Shown in pieces: positions 58,826-64,000 of a stretch of 64,000 bases of DNA. Both the position numbers and the translations under genes were made by a program. A model generated the notes under the pieces. The model was not told where the DNA came from. It worked only from the letters and a program-made list of their open reading frames with translations, and made no database searches. Each line of letters starts with the position of its first letter. Position 1 is the stretch's first letter. The stretch is from sequence record SRR20825006_960; one strand, 5' to 3'.

Positions 58826-61800
58826 CTAGTTGAACTTGAGTTCTCTGCCTCGATAATCAAAGTAGAAAAACTCCCCTTGTTTGATCCCTTGAAGGATTCC
58901 CTCGGAAACCTTAGTTAATTTTTGAAACTCGACGGGTAAAATTTCTTTTCCATTTCGATCAAACAATCCAAACAATTCCTGCTTTTTTGTCATAAAAACA
59001 CGCGCACCAACAGGTTTTATCTCTTCAAAAACAGGGAGCGTCTGAGCATTACCTTGCGCATCAATGACAGTCCAACCTTGAGAAAAAGCCACCGAAGCAA
59101 AGCCATTTTTAAACGGAAATGCTTTCTTAAACTTCCTTCTGAAAGGATTCTCACCATTCAAATCCATGAAATGATCGTTTCCATATTCATTCACCAAAAT
59201 CAGTCCATCTGAATACGTCCCCGAAACCTGTGCTAACTCCCCAATTTGTTTTATTAGGGTATCATTTACTATAAATTGACCTTGAGAAGCACGAACGAGC
59301 AGCACTCCATTTCCAAGCGTTTTCACTCTTTTGATTTCCAATTCCTCCGCAATTGGATTCCATTCACTATCGAACAAATATGAGCGACCATCTGCGGATG
59401 AAACAATGGATCCGTACGGGTAAAATTTTACCTCATCCACTTCCATCCCAAGATCGATGCGTTGATCCGATAAACACGATTCAACAAAAGCAGATTTTCC
59501 TTTAAAAATTACCCAATCGTTATGTAAAATCAATGATTTATCGCTTGAAAACGAACGAAGTTTCTTACCGGTAATTGCGGAGTAAATCACCAATTTCTCT
59601 TTATTTAGCACTCCCCAGTTTCCGTTCAACTCGTCGACTAAAAACGTTCCTGATTTGATCTTTTTAATGAGTTCGAACCGTCCTGAAAAGAGCTGTTTTG
59701 AATCTCCTAAATCAATGTAAATTTTATCTCCCAGCAACTTAATTTCTTTGCAAATAGGATCTTGAACGACGTTTCCATTAAAATCAGCAAGTCCAATTCG
59801 AGATCCCTTTTTGAAGGAAACGTATGCATCACCAATAATTTCTTCTGGCTCAATTTCCGACTGTGAAAGCAGCGTTCCATTCGGTGCATAAAGCTCAAAG
59901 ATTTTTTTATTCTTGGAGTAAAAATATCCTCCTTCTAAAAAGCGAAAAGATCGATCACCCGTCGCTATCGAAGAATACGTTTGGTCAATCAACCATTTTT
60001 CTTTAGCGACTTCGATTTGCAACAACTCGTCATTTGCACGTCCAAGTTGCTGAATTTCTAGTCCAAATGGATTGCCCAAAGAATCCAAATAGCGCGCACC
60101 TTGTGGAATATAGCTGACTAAAAAAAGTGTGTCTGAAATCTCAGAAAAACGTCGAATATTTTTGTATTTCGCTGGGATGACCATTGAATCAAGATTCATC
60201 ACGCCCCACGCGCCTTCCTTTTCTACAATCGCTACTTCGCGATAAAAAGGTTCAACAAAATCTAACGGTTCAGCGAGCAATTCGGATCCGTCGGGCGACA
60301 AAAAATTCCACTTTCCTTCGATCAATTCCACTTTGGATAATCCTCCACCTTTGGGCGATAGTTGATAATTGATAAAGAGATGAGGATTCCTATTCAAATC
60401 AATGCCTGGCCAACTCACCTCCTTGCGTTTGTCCAAAATATCACTTACACTTTTAAAATTACACACGCGAATAAATCGATCATCCGTTGGGTCCATAAAA
60501 TCATACTTTCGCGTGCTATTATCTCCAAGGATAATTCCCATTCCTGTGTTTGAAATAAATCGGACATATCCGCGATTCAGCCCGTCGGTCGTGTCCATCG
60601 ATACAACAATATCTGTAATTGTTGGACGCCCTGTTTTATTATTGATCAATGAATATGCATTCAACTTAAACTCGTTGAGTCCTCCGTATTTCATTTCAAT
60701 TAATCCTTTCGGAAGTAAATTTGTATTTGATCCAGGAACGTATTTCGGTTCTTTGAATCGAGGTTCAAGAATTACCGATCCGGTATCAGACAATAGTCCC
60801 CAATTCCGTTGAGCTCCCATTGCGAATCCTTCTTTATCAAAAATGCTTTTCTCCTCAAAAAACCATCCTTGCGAGAGCAAGCGCCGATCAAAATCTCCAA
60901 GTTTATTCGGTCTTCGCATAACGATAACATCATTCAAAACTAGTTCACTCAAAATCGTATGATGATCGTCTAGTTTGCACACCTTCATTAAATCTCCTGA
61001 AAGAGCGCGAACTTCATTCCCAGCCACCTTTATTTCGTCGTAAATACATGGAAATAACATGGCATTCTTCTTTCGTGAATAGAGTCCTGCGAAAGAAGAA
61101 GTAAATACATGGAAAAATTCATTGTCCGAATAGACATAATCGAATGCACAAGGTAAAATCATGCGCCCGAGTGAATCCGTTACTCCTTGTCCACCATCTC
61201 CTTGAACGAAAAAAAACGGTCCTGATTGATAGACTTGATTGTACTTCGGAGGAAGAATCAACGTACCTCCTTTTGTGATAATCCCTTGTTTATTATTCTT
61301 TAGTGTGAGCCAATAACTTCCAAGATCTTCTAAGTCATCATACGGCGCAGAAAAAAATATCGCCTTCGTTTCAAGGTCCATAATAAACGTAGTACCTCGA
61401 CTAGAATATTGAATTTCTTCATCTCTCACACTTACTGAGTTCACGTCGATTGGCAACTGAATCAACCGATCGTTAAACACCAATTTACTTTCCTTTGAAT
61501 TTTTGATAAACAAAGAATACTGCGTGAAATATGGAGTTTGCTCATCTAGTAAAACTTCTCTCCCTTTATCATCATACAACCTACCAAAAGAATTGGCTTC
61601 GTCTGGCATAAACCAAGCATGATTCACTAGAAGAACGGGTCTTCGGCGTTTATCAAAAGGAATGAGCACTTTTGAATAAATATTAAGCAAGAATGTAGAA
61701 TCTTTATAGCTGATTCGGTACCAACTTGGTTGCACTAACTCTGCTTCATCCATTTCGATTCCTTCACTGTTTTTTAGCGAGAAATCGATGAGCATAGTTC

Positions 61801-62089
61801 CGAGTTCGGTCTTGCATTGATACAATCCTCCGCCTATTTGCACGATACTTTTGTACTTGGCGGGATAGATTACTTCACCAAGCGAGTTAATGATCCCATA
61901 GCGATCAAATTCTGCAAAATAGGTCAACCCTTTGGTGTCAAAACTACCTAAATCATGATACGTTTTTGGAAGTAAATTCTTTCCTCCTGGCGATAAAATA
62001 CTATATGTGCCGTTATTGCTTCCTGGTAGAAATTGACTCCAACCAAACAAGCAGATGAATACTCCACAAATACTCAAGAAATAGCGCAT
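58826..62089 (-). CDS. WG (KWG)-repeat exported protein
   Basis: Repeated YG/WG-x-I-D/N-x-x-G-x-x-I-x-P units; signal peptide. Confidence 0.85.
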   Translation of the reverse strand: MRYFLSICGVFICLFGWSQFLPGSNNGTYSILSPGGKNLLPKTYHDLGSFDTKGLTYFAEFDRYGIINSLGEVIYPAKYKSIVQIGGGLYQCKTELGTMLIDFSLKNSEGIEMDEAELVQPSWYRISYKDSTFLLNIYSKVLIPFDKRRRPVLLVNHAWFMPDEANSFGRLYDDKGREVLLDEQTPYFTQYSLFIKNSKESKLVFNDRLIQLPIDVNSVSVRDEEIQYSSRGTTFIMDLETKAIFFSAPYDDLEDLGSYWLTLKNNKQGIITKGGTLILPPKYNQVYQSGPFFFVQGDGGQGVTDSLGRMILPCAFDYVYSDNEFFHVFTSSFAGLYSRKKNAMLFPCIYDEIKVAGNEVRALSGDLMKVCKLDDHHTILSELVLNDVIVMRRPNKLGDFDRRLLSQGWFFEEKSIFDKEGFAMGAQRNWGLLSDTGSVILEPRFKEPKYVPGSNTNLLPKGLIEMKYGGLNEFKLNAYSLINNKTGRPTITDIVVSMDTTDGLNRGYVRFISNTGMGIILGDNSTRKYDFMDPTDDRFIRVCNFKSVSDILDKRKEVSWPGIDLNRNPHLFINYQLSPKGGGLSKVELIEGKWNFLSPDGSELLAEPLDFVEPFYREVAIVEKEGAWGVMNLDSMVIPAKYKNIRRFSEISDTLFLVSYIPQGARYLDSLGNPFGLEIQQLGRANDELLQIEVAKEKWLIDQTYSSIATGDRSFRFLEGGYFYSKNKKIFELYAPNGTLLSQSEIEPEEIIGDAYVSFKKGSRIGLADFNGNVVQDPICKEIKLLGDKIYIDLGDSKQLFSGRFELIKKIKSGTFLVDELNGNWGVLNKEKLVIYSAITGKKLRSFSSDKSLILHNDWVIFKGKSAFVESCLSDQRIDLGMEVDEVKFYPYGSIVSSADGRSYLFDSEWNPIAEELEIKRVKTLGNGVLLVRASQGQFIVNDTLIKQIGELAQVSGTYSDGLILVNEYGNDHFMDLNGENPFRRKFKKAFPFKNGFASVAFSQGWTVIDAQGNAQTLPVFEEIKPVGARVFMTKKQELFGLFDRNGKEILPVEFQKLTKVSEGILQGIKQGEFFYFDYRGRELKFN

Positions 62090-62096
62090 AAGCCGA

Positions 62097-63392
62097 TTAG
62101 ATCAACTCTTCGATGTGGTTCATGATGTCCGCAGAAGACTTTAACTTAATCCCCGTTTCTTTGAACTTAAAATTGAAAATCGTTCTGTCTTTGGCTGTCT
62201 TTGCCTTTGCAAAGCCCGTGTTTGAAACACTTACTAGTTCGTTGCTCGGTAAAATTCCAATGATGCAATTTCTCTTGCTTGGATCAAACGAAAACTTATC
62301 GTCGCCCTGAGCATCATACTTAACAATTGCGTTTTCTTCTGGAGAAACTAAAAACAAGCTTACCAATTTTGGATTCACCTTTGTCGGAAAATCGAACTTC
62401 GCCATTAATTGTTTACAATTTTCACGTGAATGGATAATGTCCCAGTTATAGGTTCCAAAATTCTCGATTGCGATGGTTCGAACCAATTTTCCTTCCGCGA
62501 GTTTTGCCTGATAATCGGCGATATCTGCTGTTTCTTCTTTCAGTAATACCGTGTTTTTCTTCGAATCTTGCTTCGCCATTTGCGTAGTATAAGGAGTCAC
62601 ACTAAAAGACTTTCGTTCTTTTTCTCGTTTACATTCTAGTGTTAACCCAAGTGAATCTGTTTCGATTAAGCGAGAAAGTGTTTGCGAATCTTCTACGAAG
62701 TTCGACTCTTTCTTCGATAATTTTCGATTCGTTTTCCAACCGACAATCTCGTTCGCTTTGATACTCGGAAATTTTGTAAGGTCTACTTCCGCATCAATAA
62801 TCGAGTAATTGGCCTTTTCCGACTCTACGGCACTTGACTGTTGCTCTTTTGCTTCTATTGTCTCTCCAGATGCGGTTGTGAGATATTCCCAATCACCCTT
62901 TGTTTCATCCAATGAATAGAAATTATACGATGGCGTTGATTGAATAGAAACAATGCTCACCAAGGCTGTTTTTCCTTCGGCTAACTCTACTTTCCTATCA
63001 CTTTGTGTAGCTGAAATGCTGAACATTCCTCCAGAAACAAAATCATTCTGAACCCCTGCAGAATCATACTTCATTGGAATTCCAGAAAGCATAATGTCAG
63101 CTAAAGAATGAAACTCTTCCCATCGAACATCTACTTTCCCTTTGATTGCGTTACCGTCATCGTCTATAAAAGAGTTTGCCTGAAAGATAACGTAACCGCC
63201 ATTTTCAAGCAAAATAGTATCTGCTCGTTCAGCATTAACGCTAAAAGTTCTAGTTTGACTTTCAACTCCTTGTATTGGTTGGATGACACTTATCGCATCA
63301 TTCGACACTTCCATCTCTAGGACAGCGTTTTCGGAGGAATTACACGCAACAAATAAGAGTGCAGTGAACGGGTAAATTAGTTTCAAATTCAT
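62097..63392 (-). CDS. Hypothetical lipoprotein
   Basis: Lipobox FVA-C; SGGMFSISA and FGTYNWD motifs. Confidence 0.82.
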   Translation of the reverse strand: MNLKLIYPFTALLFVACNSSENAVLEMEVSNDAISVIQPIQGVESQTRTFSVNAERADTILLENGGYVIFQANSFIDDDGNAIKGKVDVRWEEFHSLADIMLSGIPMKYDSAGVQNDFVSGGMFSISATQSDRKVELAEGKTALVSIVSIQSTPSYNFYSLDETKGDWEYLTTASGETIEAKEQQSSAVESEKANYSIIDAEVDLTKFPSIKANEIVGWKTNRKLSKKESNFVEDSQTLSRLIETDSLGLTLECKREKERKSFSVTPYTTQMAKQDSKKNTVLLKEETADIADYQAKLAEGKLVRTIAIENFGTYNWDIIHSRENCKQLMAKFDFPTKVNPKLVSLFLVSPEENAIVKYDAQGDDKFSFDPSKRNCIIGILPSNELVSVSNTGFAKAKTAKDRTIFNFKFKETGIKLKSSADIMNHIEELI

Positions 63393-63483
63393 AATGAAGG
63401 AATTAAGTATTTACTTCATAATGTCGAAAATACGAAAAGGTAACGAGCCGTTGAGCGGTTATTTTTAAAATACGACGATCAGC

Positions 63484-63984
63484 CTACTTTAACAATCCAT
63501 CAAGCGTGATGTGCAGTTTCATTCCTCTAATCTCATTTCCAGAGGCGATAATTGTACCGTCTCCATCAATCAAAAAAGCGGTTGGAATTGAACTGACACC
63601 ATATTGTTTAGCGACTGAGCCACCTTCATCAAAACCATGATTTTTCCATTCGAGCGCATCTACTCCGATGGCTTCTATCCACTTTGCCTTGTCTCTATCA
63701 AGCGAGACAGACAAAATCTCGAACCCTTTTCCTTTGGTGAATTTTTGCTTCTTATATTTGTTATATGCCTCTACGACATTTGGGTTCTCTTTTCTACAAG
63801 GGCCGCACCAAGATGCCCAGAAATCAATCAAAACTACCTTTCCTTTGAGTTTAGACAATTTGATTTTCTTTCCTTCAGGATTTAGAAGTTCAATATCTGG
63901 TGCTTTTTCTCCTTTTTGTGGTGGTCCAGCTCTAAAGCCCATCGACAGCAGGCTAAGTCCAATAAATGCAATAAGTAATTTCAT
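63484..63984 (-). CDS. TlpA-family thiol-disulfide oxidoreductase
   Basis: IDFWASWCGPC, SVSLD and SIPTAFLID motifs. Confidence 0.93.
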   Translation of the reverse strand: MKLLIAFIGLSLLSMGFRAGPPQKGEKAPDIELLNPEGKKIKLSKLKGKVVLIDFWASWCGPCRKENPNVVEAYNKYKKQKFTKGKGFEILSVSLDRDKAKWIEAIGVDALEWKNHGFDEGGSVAKQYGVSSIPTAFLIDGDGTIIASGNEIRGMKLHITLDGLLK

Positions 63985-64000
63985 TATCCTATTCTTCTAA

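Noticed and set aside
1-64000. tRNA, rRNA, IS/transposase, integrase or prophage genes
   Set aside because: None were recognised in the ORFs or intergenic gaps by eye. A tRNAscan/cmscan run would be needed to exclude small RNAs.

Overview
A 64 kb chromosomal window from a Bacteroidota bacterium. Support: TAnnTTTG -7 promoters, six T9SS C-terminal-domain proteins and A-rich translation starts. A Flavobacteriales/Crocinitomicaceae-like assignment is only an impression. Core genes are comEC, thrS-infC-rpmI-rplT, dnaK, alaS, grpE-dnaJ and ppx. Accessory loci: GH18, trypsin-like and T9SS cargo genes; an unknown lipoprotein/APC permease pair; an ECF sigma operon; pnuC-NadR-like kinase plus a TPP riboswitch-controlled TonB receptor; a glycan locus (Wzx, GT2, methyltransferase, LicD, YfhO); tandem KPVIYLYP paralogs; an HTH-less NtrC-type regulator; and arsS. 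A TPR-PP2C gene missing from the ORF track runs off the left edge. No tRNA, rRNA, CRISPR array or IS element was seen. Best leads: (1) dnaK and grpE-dnaJ share a sigma54-like box plus TGACA/TGTCA arrays and lack CIRCE; (2) an exported lipoprotein with SAM-methyltransferase-like motifs sits divergent from an APC transporter; (3) an unannotated uORF ending RHPPPSS precedes a secreted protease; (4) a structured, terminator-containing leader precedes a T9SS gene.
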